Shown here: in pieces, positions 52,830 to 64,000 of the stretch
How the letters are laid out: each line of letters starts with the position of its first letter
Numbering within the stretch: position 1 is the first letter of the stretch
Origin: Anolis carolinensis
Lineage: Eukaryota
Reading direction: 5' to 3'
Assembly (NCBI RefSeq): GCF_035594765.1
Contig: NW_026943818.1
Span: 11,069,924-11,133,923 of the forward strand
DNA length: 64,000 nucleotides
Program-made: the position numbers and the translations under genes
The notes under the pieces: generated by a model
Seen by the model: only the letters and a program-made list of their open reading frames with translations
Told to the model about the DNA's origin: nothing
Database searches by the model: none

Positions 52830-53900
52830 TGTTATGATTGAGCCTCATGGCTCTGTTTCTGACAGGCGTGGGCGTAAGACTCCTCGAGAGTCGGATACTC
52901 TCGAGGAGCGAGAGAGAAAAAGACTGCGAGACATATTTGCAGCACCCTCTGACGAAGAGTCTTTCGAAGGGTTCACGGAGAGAATGGAGGAAGGGCTGGT
53001 TAGCTCAGAGGAGGATGAGATGGATTGGACTCGGGTAAGGGAGGAATTGGGGGCCACTGGCCATGATGGGGCAGAAGATGAATGGGGACCTTCAGGATTA
53101 GACCCATGGCTTAGCTGGAGGGATGGGACGGGATCCACAGCTGGAGATGCTGTTGGGCGTAGTCAGAGGTGTTCCAGCTCTGACGAGGAAAGTGATGAGG
53201 AAACGCCCGGGTTAAGGAGGACAGCTGACAGTGATGAAGATTTGTGACTGGCATAAAATGGGGCTTGGGAGCAATTGCAAATTGCGTCGGGCAAGGTAAT
53301 CTGGGCAAACGCTTGGGATCCGTGTGTGTGTGTGGGACGCTTCCCTGAAGACTTGTGTGCTTTCCTGTGCTGAGACCTTGACCTTCCGTCGTCTTTCTGA
53401 CGGACGCCATCTCCTGCTTTGAGAACCCGGACTGAACTGACCACGGCTTGTCTTCCCCCCTTCTTGGACTTGGAAAAACTACAAACGTCTGCTTCTGGCT
53501 TTGATCTTCGGAACGGAACTGGTCTACTCTACTGCTAAAATCCCTGGCTGCGTCTGCTCGTGTTGGAGATCCTGTCTGCTGTGTGTGTGTGTGGGAGCGA
53601 CGCAAGTTACTCTAAACTCAGTGTTGGCAGCAGAGAGGAATCTGCTGCCAATTAGTTACATTCCTTGTATCTTTTGTTCCTTGCCTTTCGTTTTGTTTAT
53701 ACCCAGGCTGAAGAAAGCAGTTTGTTTTTACCCGGATTAAACTCCGGTTTAATCCGGTTTATCTTTTGAACATTTACTTTTGTCCCTTTTTGCTACTAAA
53801 GGCAAAAACTGCCTGGCCCTTGTGTTTTTACGGGCATTTTTGAGTTCTGTAATCTAATAAACTCTGTTACTTTGAATCTTGTGGCGTTCTGTCTTTGACA
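52830..53900 (+). mobile_element. Solo LTR (1071 bp) of an LTR retrotransposon in STPG3 intron 1
   Basis: TGTT...GACA termini; perfect 5-bp TSD AGATG (52825-52829 and 53901-53905); TATA-like CATAAAA near 53252; AATAAA at 53856. Confidence 0.88.
52834..53247 (+). CDS. LTR-encoded acidic ORF, 137 aa, function unknown
   Basis: ATG at position 5 of the LTR; uninterrupted ORF ending just before the TATA-like box; basic patch, SDEESFEGF and SDEE repeats. Confidence 0.45.
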   Translation: MIEPHGSVSDRRGRKTPRESDTLEERERKRLRDIFAAPSDEESFEGFTERMEEGLVSSEEDEMDWTRVREELGATGHDGAEDEWGPSGLDPWLSWRDGTGSTAGDAVGRSQRCSSSDEESDEETPGLRRTADSDEDL

Positions 53901-53969
53901 AGATGAGCCAAACCGCAACTCCTAGGATGCTATTGCATTGACTGATATCATCAAATATTATAATACCCT

Positions 53970-54937
53970 TCTATATATGTAAAAGGATAAAAAAATTTGG
54001 CCTAGGACAAAACAACAAAACTACACATCCCAGAAACACTAAACTTGGCAGCACAACCCCTCATCCATGCCTCTACGTTCATACAACAAAAAAAGAAAAA
54101 AAAAGAAAAATAAAGTCCTAATTAGAGGGAGAGGAATAATTGCTTTAATCCAATTGCTGCCAGTTAGAAGGCTAAGCTCCACCCACTTGGTCTCCTAGCA
54201 ACCCATTCAGTCCAGGGGACAGGCTGAGTTAGGCCTCACTTAGGCCTCTTCCACACTGCCTATAAAATACAGATTATCTGCCTCTACGTTCATACAACAA
54301 AAAGCTCCAGCTATTCCAGAAAACGGCCAGGCTTTGAGACTGCAAGGCTATTCGCTGCTATTCCACCTGGCCAACAAAGGATTCCCATAAGCCACAGCAA
54401 CGCGTGGCTGGGCAAAGCTAGTTAACATTATAAATGGGTTATATAGCTATGTGAAAGGGCCTTGAGTCTACACTGCCATATAATCCAGTTAAAATCCGAT
54501 AATCTGTATTTTATAGGCAGTGTGGAAGAGGGCTAAGTGAAGCCTAACTCTGCCTGTCCCCTGGGCTGAGTTGGTTGCTAGGAGACCAAGTGGGCAGAGC
54601 TCAGCCTTCTAACTCGGGGCTATGTCTGTTTTTATTGTTGCTTTTATTGTTTTTATTGTTATTTTAAAGCCAAGTATATTGTTTTAATCTATATTTGTAA
54701 ACTGCTCTGAGCCAAATTGGGAGTAGCGGTATATAAGTTTAATAAATAAATAACTGGCAGCAATTGGATAAAAACAATTCTTCCTCTCCCTCTAATTAGG
54801 ACTTTATTTTTCTTTTCTTTTTGTTGTATGAACGTAGAGGCATGGATGAGGGGTTGTGCTGCCAAGTTTAGTGTTTCTGGGATGTGTAGTTTTGTTGTTT
54901 TGTCCTAGGCCGAAATTTCATTACCCTTTTATATATA
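53970..54937. mobile_element. Two Helitron copies tail-to-tail (+ 53970-54421, - ~54430-54937)
   Basis: 5' and core sequence recurs in reverse complement; CTAG|T at 54418-54422. Confidence 0.75.
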
Positions 54938-55224
54938 CAAGATTTTGTTTTTATCTTGTGAATTGTACGTATGTTGTTTTTATCTGATTATGCTGTTCGG
55001 GCTCTGCTCCATGTAGGCCGCCTCAAGTCTCCTTGGGGAGATGGTGGCAGGATATAAATAAAGTTTTATTATATTTATTATTATTGCATTGAGCCAGGGT
55101 GATCCCAAGTGATGTCAAACTGCATTCATTCCACAGTGTAGATGCACTCCGAGCTCTCTACACTCTTACCCATTTGTTTTCCTTCCATTTGGGATTTTTT
55201 TTCTCATTCTATGTTTCTTTGCAG

Positions 55225-55292
55225 GGCTCTTTTGGGCGGAGAAACCCACCCAACGCCACTCTTCCCTGACATCCATCCTGGAAAACAAAGCA
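55225..55292 (+). CDS. STPG3: STPG3 exon 2 (ALLGGETHPTPLFPDIHPGKQS)
   Basis: Strong acceptor ttctttgcag and donor A|gtaagg; phase 2-1 bridges exons 1 and 3 exactly; little recognisable homology. Confidence 0.6.
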
Positions 55293-55886
55293 GTAAGGAA
55301 GAAGGCCACTTTTGCTCTCTTTACAGGGACTCCCAATTGTCCTGGTTGAACTATAGTCCACTTTATTGACACCCCATCCCATCTCCCCTTGGGGACTCGG
55401 GGCGGCTTACAACATAAATTTATAATATACATATATTATATAATATAATAATGTATATACAATATATTATTAGTATCACATATATTAATAATATACTATA
55501 ACCAGGAAGACATCATTCCACCATGTCTCCTATGCCAATATAATATATTTTGTATATACTCGAGAATAAGCCTAGTTTTTCAGCCCTTTTTTTAAGACTG
55601 AAAAAGCCCCCCTCGGCTTATACTCGGGTGAGGGACCTGGTTGGCTTATATTTGGGTCAGCTTATACTCGAGAATATATGGTACAATTATTATTTTCTCT
55701 ATTACTGGTATTATTACAGTTATTATTTTTCTCTATTATTGTTGCTGTTATTACATTTATTTTACTCTATTTTTATTATTATTAATTCATTTATTATTTC
55801 ACTCTGATATTATTATTGCATTTATTATTTTACTGTTTATTATTACATGTATTATTTTCCTGTATTTATTACTATTATTACATGTA

Positions 55887-56762
55887 CAGTAGAGTCTCAC
55901 TTATCCAAGCTAAACGGGCCGGCAGAAGCTTGGATAAGCAAGTATCTTGGATAATGAGGGATTAAGGAAAAGCCTATTAAACATCAAATTAGGTTATGAT
56001 TTTACAAATTAAGCACCAAAACATCATGTTAGACAACAAATTTGACAGAAAAAGTAGTTCAATACGCAGTAATGTTATGTTGTAATTACTGTATTTACGA
56101 ATTTAGCAACAAAATATCACGATATATTGAAAACATTGACTTCAAAAATGCGTTGAATATTCCAGAACGTTGGATAAGTGAGTGTTGGATAAGTGAGACG
56201 TTACTGAATATACAAAAAAACCAATTTTTAAAAATAAATTGTATTGCAAACATTTACCAACGATGTGAATTACAGCGACCGATGTCTACAAGTGACAAGT
56301 ATTGGGGTGTGAGGAGAACAAAAAACATAGACACAAGCCAATTACTATCTACATAAACACAGACAAAAAAGAGAAAGAAAAATAAATAATAATATAATAT
56401 AACCAGGGAGACATCATTCCACCATGTCTCCTATGTCAATATAATATAGTAATACAGTAGAGTCTCACTTATCCAACTTTCTGGATTATCCAACGCATTT
56501 TTGTAGTCAATGTTTTCAATACATTTTGATATTTTGGTGCTAAATTCGTAAACACAGTAATTACTACATAGCATTACTGCGTATTGAACTACTTTTTCTG
56601 TCAAATTTGTTGTATAACAAGATGTTTTGGTGCTTAATTTGTAAAATCATAACCTAATTTGATGTTTAATGGGCTTTTCCTTAATCCCTCCTTATCATCC
56701 AACATATTCACTTATCCAACGTTCTGTCAGCCCGTTTACGTTGGATAAGCCAGACTCTACTG
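55887..56762. mobile_element. Two oppositely oriented CAGTAGAG MITEs (55887-56206 and 56455-56762)
   Basis: TIRs and internal homology. Confidence 0.85.
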
Positions 56763-57161
56763 TATATAATACTAATATTGTGCTATACATACATACATAT
56801 ATACACAAAAAACAATTTTTTAATTAAAACATATAAACAAATCAGTCGATATGAACTCCGTCACTCAAAAAAGACATTGACAAACTGGAAATATGTTCAG
56901 AGGTGGGTAACGGAAGTGGGAAATGGTCTGGAAACTATGCCATGTGAGCAGAGGCTTAGAAAATTGGATATGTTTGTATTAAATTCTCTGTTTTAGTAGC
57001 TTGATCATATAATTTTTAAAGGCTGGGAACTGTTTTGGGTTTCAGTTCCTGAGATTCGTAAATAGCAATGCAATCGACAGTGATAATAAAATTCCCAGGC
57101 GACTCAGTCAAAAGCAAATTGTTACGTCACTTTCCTGTTTTCACTCTTTGTTTTCTCCCAG

Positions 57162-57299
57162 AAGCTCCTACGGAAGGTCGGCTGCAGTTTGTAATGAACG
57201 TTGACAGCCCAGGACCTGCAGCTTATCCACCCCCCGTCGTGAACTGCAGGGAAAGCAATGCTCCGGCCTATACTTTTGGGTGGAAAACACCTCCGAAAG
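57162..57299 (+). CDS. STPG3: STPG3 exon 3 (APTEGRLQFVMNVDSPGPAAYPPP...APAYTFGWKTPPK)
   Basis: SHIPPO-type PGPxxY repeat; canonical splice sites. Confidence 0.85.
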
Positions 57300-57410
57300 G
57301 TACAGGGAATGGAAAAGATGGGAGTGTTACGATGTTTTCCATGTTTTCCATTAGCAGAGAATATCCCATATATCGTCTCCCCAATGCTTTTAATTGTTAT
57401 TTCATTTTAG

Positions 57411-57499
57411 ATGGCGCTGGCCGCCGGTCCTGGCAAAAATCCTGGTTCCAGAGCAAGAACCCTTTTAACAGGAAAACTGATTATACTCAGGAAACAAAT
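57411..57499 (+). CDS. STPG3: STPG3 exon 4 (DGAGRRSWQKSWFQSKNPFNRKTDYTQETN)
   Basis: Resembles recalled human [30 protein letters not shown]. Confidence 0.88.
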
Positions 57500-57504
57500 G
57501 TAAG

Positions 57505-57993
57505 TCTATATTTATAAAAGGGTAATGAAATTTCGGCCTAGGACAAAACAACAAAACTACACATCCCAGAAACACTAAACTTGGCAACACAACCCCATAT
57601 CCATGCCTCTACGTTCATACAACAAAAAAAAAGAAAAATAAAGTCCTAATTAGAGGGAGAGGAAGAATTGTTTTTATCCAATTGCTGCCAGTTAGAAGGC
57701 TAAGCTCCGTCCACTTGGTCTCCTAGCAACCCACTCAGCCCAGGGGACAGACAGAGTTAGGCCTCACTTAGGCCTCTCCCACACTGCCTATAAAATACAG
57801 ATTATCAGATTTTAACTGGATTATATGGCAGTGTAGACTCAAGGCCCTTCCACACAGCTATATAACCCATTTATAATGGACTTGATGTAAGGAAAAACCT
57901 TTACCCTTGACCTTAACTACCACCAATTCCTCAAGACTTTATTTCCCATACCACCAGACTTCGCCACAGCAACACGTGGCCGGGCACAGCTAG
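57505..57993 (+). mobile_element. Non-autonomous Helitron
   Basis: 5' TC(TA)n, subterminal hairpin CCACAGCAACACGTGG, 3' CTAG followed by T, no TSD. Confidence 0.8.
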
Positions 57994-59012
57994 TTCAATA
58001 TATTGTCGAAGGATTTCATGGCCGGAATCACTGGGTTGCTGCGAGTCTTTTGGACTGTAAGGCCATGCTCCAGAAGCATTCTCTCCTGACGTTTCACCCA
58101 CAGGCATCCTCATACCTCACAACCTCACAGATGTGGGTGAAATGTCAGGAACGCTTCTGGAACATGGCCATACAGCCCAGAAGACTCACAGCAACCCAAA
58201 CATAAGCTCAGTTTGAAAAGTGTAGGAAGCTGCCATTTCCCAGCCCAGCCAAGTAAACAATAAACAAACATTACCTAGAGACATTATATAAACCATGGAA
58301 AATAACAGTAATAAATAATATTTATCATTATAATAAAAAATCCCTAAAATTATTATACTAAAAATCATGAAGCTCTGAAACTTTAGCCTTGTGGACTTTG
58401 CCAGACCGAGACGATCTTCAATGGGTTATCGTAGAAGCTTTTAAACAGAGGCTGGATGGCCATCTGTCGGGGGTGCTTTGAATGCAACTTCCTTCTTCTT
58501 GGCAGGGGGTTGGACTGGATGGCCCATGAGGTCTCTTCCAACTCTACTATTCTATGATTCTAAGGCCTGTTTCCATTGAAAGTTTTTAACCTGGGAGGAA
58601 AAAGCTGAAAACTTTCTTTTGAAATTCTACAACCAATACTTGGCACAGATTCCCAGAGTATAAAAACTAAGACCATTGCCATTTTGAAACCTGGTAAAGA
58701 CGTCAATGTAGTAATTAATCATCTTGATTAGCATTGAAAAGCCTAGCAGCTTCAAAGCCTGGCTGCTTCCTGCCGGGGGGAATCCTTTGTTGGGAGGTGT
58801 TAGCTGACCCTGATTATTTCATGCCTGGAATTCCCCCGTTTTCAGAGTGCTGATCTTTATTTACTGTCCTGATTTTGCAGTTTTTTAATTAGTGGGAGCC
58901 AGATTGTGTTCATTTTCATGGTTTCCTCCTTTTCTGTTAAAATTGTCCACATGCTTCTTGTGGATTTCAATGGCTTCTCTGTGAAGTCTCGTTCTCCGTC
59001 TCTTCTCCGCAG

Positions 59013-59124
59013 TGGCCGTCTCCTTTCGACTATGGACCAACTTTGGGATCCATGCTGGTCAACCGGCCCACCAGTCCCAATTTCACCATGGGTCGCAAGG
59101 GGGAGTTCTCTTGGGTCAACAAAA
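59013..59124 (+). CDS. STPG3: STPG3 exon 5 (WPSPFDYGPTLGSMLVNRPTSPNFTMGRKGEFSWVNK)
   Basis: WPSP..Y motif; phase 0-1. Confidence 0.85.
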
Positions 59125-59239
59125 GTAAGGACAACGTATGGGGTCGCCATCACCAACTTGGTTGACTGTCAAGGGTCACCCAAAGATGATTCTCCCAAAG
59201 ATATCCTTATAATCCCTGCTTTCTCTCCTTGTATTTCAG

Positions 59240-59365
59240 CGACAGTGGATGACCCAGCACCCAACAGATACAACACAGACCGGGCCTACAAGCATGTGCT
59301 GTTCCGGTCGCCTTCCTTCATCATGGCTCCGGCCCAACACATTGTGTTTGGATGGGCAAAAAAAG
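59240..59365 (+). CDS. STPG3: STPG3 exon 6 (TTVDDPAPNRYNTDRAYKHVLFRSPSFIMAPAQHIVFGWAKK)
   Basis: PxPNxY...RSPxF repeat; phase 1-1. Confidence 0.82.
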
Positions 59366-59372
59366 GTCAAGA

Positions 59373-59909
59373 TCTATATATATATAAAAGAGTGATGGAA
59401 TCCTTCTATATATATAAGAGTGATGGAATCCTGGCGACCGCCAAAACAACAAAACTAAACACCCCACAACCTCGAAAATTGACAACACAACCCATCATCC
59501 ATGCCTCTAGGTTGATACAACAAAAAGAAAAGAAAAATAAAGTCCTAATTAGAGGGAGAGGAAGAATTGTTTTTATCCAATTGCTGCCAGTTAGAAGGCT
59601 AAGCTGCGCCCACTTGGTCTCCTAGCAACCCACTCACCCAGGGGACAGTCAGAGTTAGGCCTCACTAAGGCCTCTTCCACACTGCCTATAAAATACAGAT
59701 TATCAGATTTTAACTGGATTAGATGACAGTGTAGACTCAAGGCCCTTCCACACAGCTATATAACCCATATAATCTTATATTATCTGCTTTAACTGGATTA
59801 TCTGGACTCCACACCTTTACCCTTTACCTTAACTACCACCCATTCCTCAATACTTTATTTCCCATACCACCAGACTTCGCCACAGCAACGCGTGGCCAGG
59901 CACAGCTAG
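59373..59909 (+). mobile_element. Non-autonomous Helitron
   Basis: A|TC...CCACAGCAACGCGTGG...CTAG|T. Confidence 0.82.
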
Positions 59910-60109
59910 TATTTTTATAAATGTTCCTGAATTACTTTTCCTTCAAACAAGGAGTAGGAAGCACCTACTACAGTTGATGTTATACATTTAGAAGGTTATA
60001 TATTCCATCACTGGTCAAGACAACAGCTTTTCTTGTTATTGGAAATGGTTTTGCCATTTGTTTACATTCTCTTTTAGTATCTATATATTTTAAGAGTTGT
60101 ACATTAATT

Positions 60110-61273
60110 TCGCTCCGGTGGCGAAGTGTGTTAAAGCACAGAGCTGGAGACCAAAAGGTCCCAGGTTCAAACCCCGGGAGCGGCATGAGTGGCCGCTGTT
60201 AGCTCCAGTTCCTGCCAACCTAGCAGTTCGAAAACATGCAAATGTGAGTAGATCAATAGGTACCGCTCCGGCTGGAAGGTAATATCTCTCCTTGCAATTG
60301 GCTACATGACCTTGGAGGTGTCTATGGACAACGCCAGCTCTTCGGCTTAGAAATGGAGATGAGCACCATAGAATCATAGAATAGTAGAGTTGGAAGAGAC
60401 CTCAAGGGCCATCTAGTCCAACCCCCCGCTAAGAAGCAGGAAATCGCATTCAAAGCACCCCCGACAGATGGCCATCCAGCCTCTGCTTAAAAGCCTCCAA
60501 AGAAGGAGCCTCCACCACGGCCCGGGGGAGAGAGTTCCACTGCCGAACAGCCCTCACCGTGAGGAAGTTCTTCCTGATGTTCAGGTGGAATCTCCTTTCC
60601 TGTAGTTTGAAGCCATTGTTCCGTGTCCTAGTCTGCAGGGCAGCAGAAAATAAGCTTGCTCCCTCTTCCCTATGACTTCCCCTCACATATTTGTCCATGG
60701 CTCTCATGTCTCCTCTCAGCCTTCTCTTCTGCAGGCTAAACATGCCCAGCTCTTTAAGCCTCTCCTCATAGGGCTTGTTCTCCAGACCCTTAATCATTTT
60801 AGTTGCCCTCCTCTGGACGCTTTCCAGCTTGTCAGCATCTCCCTTCATCTGCGGTGCCCAAAACTGGACACAGTGTGATTCCAGGTGTGGTCTGACCAAG
60901 GCAGAATAGAGGGGGAGCATGACTTCCCTGGATCTAGACGTTATTCCCCTATTGATGCAGGCCAAAATCCCATTGGCTTTTTTAGCTGCCGCATCACATT
61001 GTAGGCTCATGTTTAACTTGTTGTCCACGAAGACTCCAAGATCTTTTTCGCACACACTGCTGTCAAGCCAGGCGTCCCCCATTCTGTATCTTTGATTTCC
61101 ATTTTTTCTGCCGAAGTGAAGTATCTTGCATTTGTCCCTGTTGAACTTCATTTTGTTAGTTTCGGCCCATCTCTCTAGTCTGTCAAGATCGTTTTGAATT
61201 CTGCTCCTGTCTTCTGGAACCAACCCCAAGTCAGACATGACTGGACTTAACGTCAGGGGAAACCTTTACCTTT
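60110..61273 (+). mobile_element. Sauria-type tRNA-derived SINE split by CR1; other copies at ~35945-36325 (-) and ~37447-37907 (-)
   Basis: A-box ggtggcgaagtg, B-box ggttcaaacc, tail gactggacttaacgtcaggggaaaacctttacc. Confidence 0.8.
60369..61218 (-). mobile_element. CR1 LINE 3' fragment inserted into a Sauria-type SINE
   Basis: ORF 60450..61238 with CR1 ORF2 motifs; ATTCTATG tail; SINE sequence resumes at accaacccc, with ACCA duplicated. Confidence 0.93.
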
Positions 61274-61519
61274 TTAATGTTATGATATCTCCATTATTAT
61301 TATTGGAAGGATACGTAAGCACATTTACATTGGTTAGAATAACGGCTCAATCAGAGTTGGGACAGTCTTATCTTAAATTAGTTTTATGTAAATATTCAAA
61401 AACTACCTACTGATGCCTCAATTAATGTAATTTTATTTATATCTATTTTTAATTTGGTATTGACCAGTAGCTGCGCCATTTCCCACCCTCAGCCTTTTCC
61501 TTTACTTTACATTAATTGT

Positions 61520-62033
61520 ACAAGTAGTCTCACTTATCCAAGCTAAACGGGCCGGCAGAACCTTGGATAAGCGAATATGTTGGATAATAAGGGGGGATTA
61601 AGGAAAAGCCTATTAAACATCAAATTACGCTATGATTTTACAAATTAAGCACCAATACTTCATGTTATACAACAAATTTGAAGAAAAAGTAGTTCAATAT
61701 GAAGTAATGCTATGCAGTAATTACTGTATTTACGAATTTAGCACCAAAATATCACGATGTATTGAAAACATTGACTACAAAAATGCATTGGATAATCCAG
61801 AACGTTGGATAAGCTAATGTTGGATAAGTGAGACTCTACTGTATATGTTTTACTACACAGCATTACTGCGTATTGAACTACTTTTTCTGTCAAATTTGTT
61901 GTAAAACGTGTTTTGGTGCTTAATTTGAAAAATCATTAATTTGATGTTTAATAGGCTTTTCCTTAATTCCTCCTTATTATCCAACATATTCCCTTCTCCA
62001 GCCCGTTTATGTTGGATAAGTGGGACTCTACTG
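61520..62033. mobile_element. CAGTAGAG MITE plus inverted partial copy; another copy at 63661-63960
   Basis: TIRs and internal homology. Confidence 0.85.
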
Positions 62034-62129
62034 TATAAATATATCCTAAATTGAAGTTCTGCAATTGTTTGTCATAAAGACAGATATCTTTTGAAAATGT
62101 GGCGCCACCTTGTTTTTCCTTGCTTACAG

Positions 62130-62263
62130 ACCTCACCCCTGGCCCCGGTGCCTATGATGTGGAGAAGGGCCACTGTGCCCGGCTGCCCAACTCCCCAAGT
62201 TTCTACATCCAAGGTGTCCGGCGACCCAAGAAGCACGAAACGGGGCCCTTTTCGACGCTGTGA
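62130..62263 (+). CDS. STPG3: STPG3 last exon (DLTPGPGAYDVEK...IQGVRRPKKHETGPFSTL*)
   Basis: PGPGAY repeat and STPG3-like C-terminus; AATAAA at 62432; seven exons total 756 nt = 251 aa + stop. Confidence 0.88.
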
Positions 62264-63102
62264 GGCCACCAAAAGGATGAAGCAGAACGCTCCAAAGCCC
62301 AAAGCTTGTTCCCAGCACAACTAACCGCCCACGATGCCTCAGTTACAACTAATACAGCCTGAAATGCACATTTTTATCTTTCCCAGCTGTGTGTTGGCCT
62401 GAAACAATTCCGAGATGAAACTAAAAATAATAATAAAGGTCTTCAGAAACTACGCTGACAGAGGTAAAAGTGAAGCCACAGTCTTTTGGGGACAGCATTT
62501 CCACATCTACTTCCATTTTTATCACATTAAAAAAACTTTGAGGCACAGCATCACTTTCTCAACCAGATTTTGGTGCATTTGGGATGATAAAGGGACCTAT
62601 TTAACCAGGACAAAAGGATCTCAAATCATTGCAAGACTAAGGAAGAAAGCGAATACATATAATACAAATACATATAATATTTATATTATTATTATAATGG
62701 CATACAATATTATAGTAACAATAATACAATAACATTAATTATATATTAAATGTATTACTAATAATATTACCATATAATGATATAGTACAATATAGTTCAG
62801 CAGTGGAACTCTCTCCCCCAGACTGTAGTGGAGGCTCCTTTTTTGGAAGCTTTTAAACAGAGGCTGGATGGCCATCTGTCGGGGGTGCTTTGAATGCGAT
62901 TTCCTGCTTCTTGGCAGGGGGTTGGACTGGATGGCCCATGAGGTCTCTTCCAACTCTACTATTCTATGATTCTAGTAATTTAATGCTTATTTTGTGCTAT
63001 GCTAATAATATATCGTATGTTCATTTGATTTGTAAGCCGCTCTGAGTCCCCCATCGGGGTGAGAAGAACGGGATATAAATGTAGTAAATAAATAAAATCT
63101 AT

Positions 63103-63575
63103 GTGTTGCCTATGGCTTTCATGGCCAGAAGCACTGGACTGTTGGGAGTTTCCCGGGCTGTCTGGCCATGTTCCAGAAGCATTCTCTCATGACGTTTTGC
63201 ACACATCTGTGGCAGGCATCCCCAGAGGTTGTGAGGACTGTTGGAAACTAGGCAAATGGGGTTTATGTATCTATGGAATGATGTCCAGGGTGGGAGAAAG
63301 AACTCTAGTCTGTTGGAGGCAAGGCAGGAAGCAGCCAGGCTTTGAAGCTGCAAGGCCATTTAATGGTAATCAAGGTGGCCAACTGCAACATGCACACTTG
63401 TTTCACACAGACAAGAGTTCTTTCTCCCACCCTGGACATCATTCCATAGATATATAAAACCCACTTGCCTAGTTTCCAACAGACCTCACAACCTCTCCCA
63501 CAGATGTGGGTGAAACGTCAGGAGAGAATGCTTCTGGAACATGGCCAGACAGCCTGGAAAACTCACGGCAACCCA
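63103..63575. mobile_element. Penelope-like element pLTR fragments in inverted arrangement; related fragments at ~4293-4428, 5101-5430, 24268-24500, 26459-26716, 27917-28110, 29068-29390, 34315-34560, 40766-40892, 58003-58197, 58715-58985
   Basis: Shared gaaggctttcatggccgg...catgttccagaagcattctctcctgacgtttcgcccacatctatggcaggcatcctcagaggttgtgagg sequence; inverted partial copies and embedded hammerhead motifs are typical of PLEs. Confidence 0.7.
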
Positions 63576-64000
63576 AAGCAATAAAGATATAAAATTGGAA
63601 GATAATAATACTTAGGATATAGAGCAGTTGGTATTCCTTAGGAGGTGCCTCATTCAAATACAGTAGTCTCACTTATCCAACATTCGCTTATCCAATGTTC
63701 TGGATTATCCAACGCATTTTTGTAGTCAATGTTTTCAATACATCGTGATATTTTGGTGCTAAATTCGTAAACACAGTAATTACTACATAGCATTACTGCG
63801 TATTGAACTACTTTTTCTGTCAAATTTGTTGTATAACATGATGTTTGGTGCTTAATTTGTAAAATCATAACCTAATTTGATGTTCAATAGGCTTTTCCTT
63901 AATCTCTCATTATCCAACGTTCTGCCAGCCCGTTTATGTTGGATAAGCGAGACTCTACTGTATATAAAACCCACTTGCCTAGTTCCCAACAGACCTCACA

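Noticed and set aside
58906-59625. 239-aa ORF as a single-exon gene
   Set aside because: Composite of Penelope sequence, out-of-frame STPG3 exon 5, intron, in-frame exon 6 and a Helitron.

Overview
This is eukaryotic (vertebrate) genomic DNA, almost certainly from a squamate reptile. The repeat content (Sauria-type SINE, CR1 with (ATTCTATG)n tails, Dong/R4 LINEs in (TAA)n, Penelope-like elements, Helitrons) points to an Anolis-like lizard. The window holds five protein-coding genes of the block equivalent to human 9q34.3, all reconstructed by hand from GT-AG exons with consistent phases. They are the 5' 11 coding exons of PNPLA7 (-), single-coding-exon MRPL41 (+, head-to-head with PNPLA7), complete DPH7 (-, 9 exons, 460 aa), complete ZMYND19 (-, 6 exons, 227 aa) and complete STPG3 (+, 7 exons, 251 aa). 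Introns are densely filled with nested transposable elements and tandem arrays. Most short ORFs in the supplied track are microsatellite or TE artefacts. The main candidates for follow-up are: (1) a solo LTR (5-bp TSD) whose U3 encodes an intact acidic 137-aa ORF with an SDEESFEGF motif resembling LEDGF/TFIIS-N-domain-interacting motifs; (2) minimal hammerhead-ribozyme motifs in Penelope-like repeats, one in sense to the PNPLA7 pre-mRNA and one inverted pair; (3) an 80-bp tandem array that multimerises NRF1 and CCAAT motifs upstream of ZMYND19; (4) possible post-transcriptional control of DPH7 (uORF, alternative N-terminus, stop-inserting CAG-TAG acceptor); (5) repeated (AAT)n-mediated tandem amplification of three unrelated LINE 3' ends. 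Gene and TE family identifications come from recalled homology, not from a database search.
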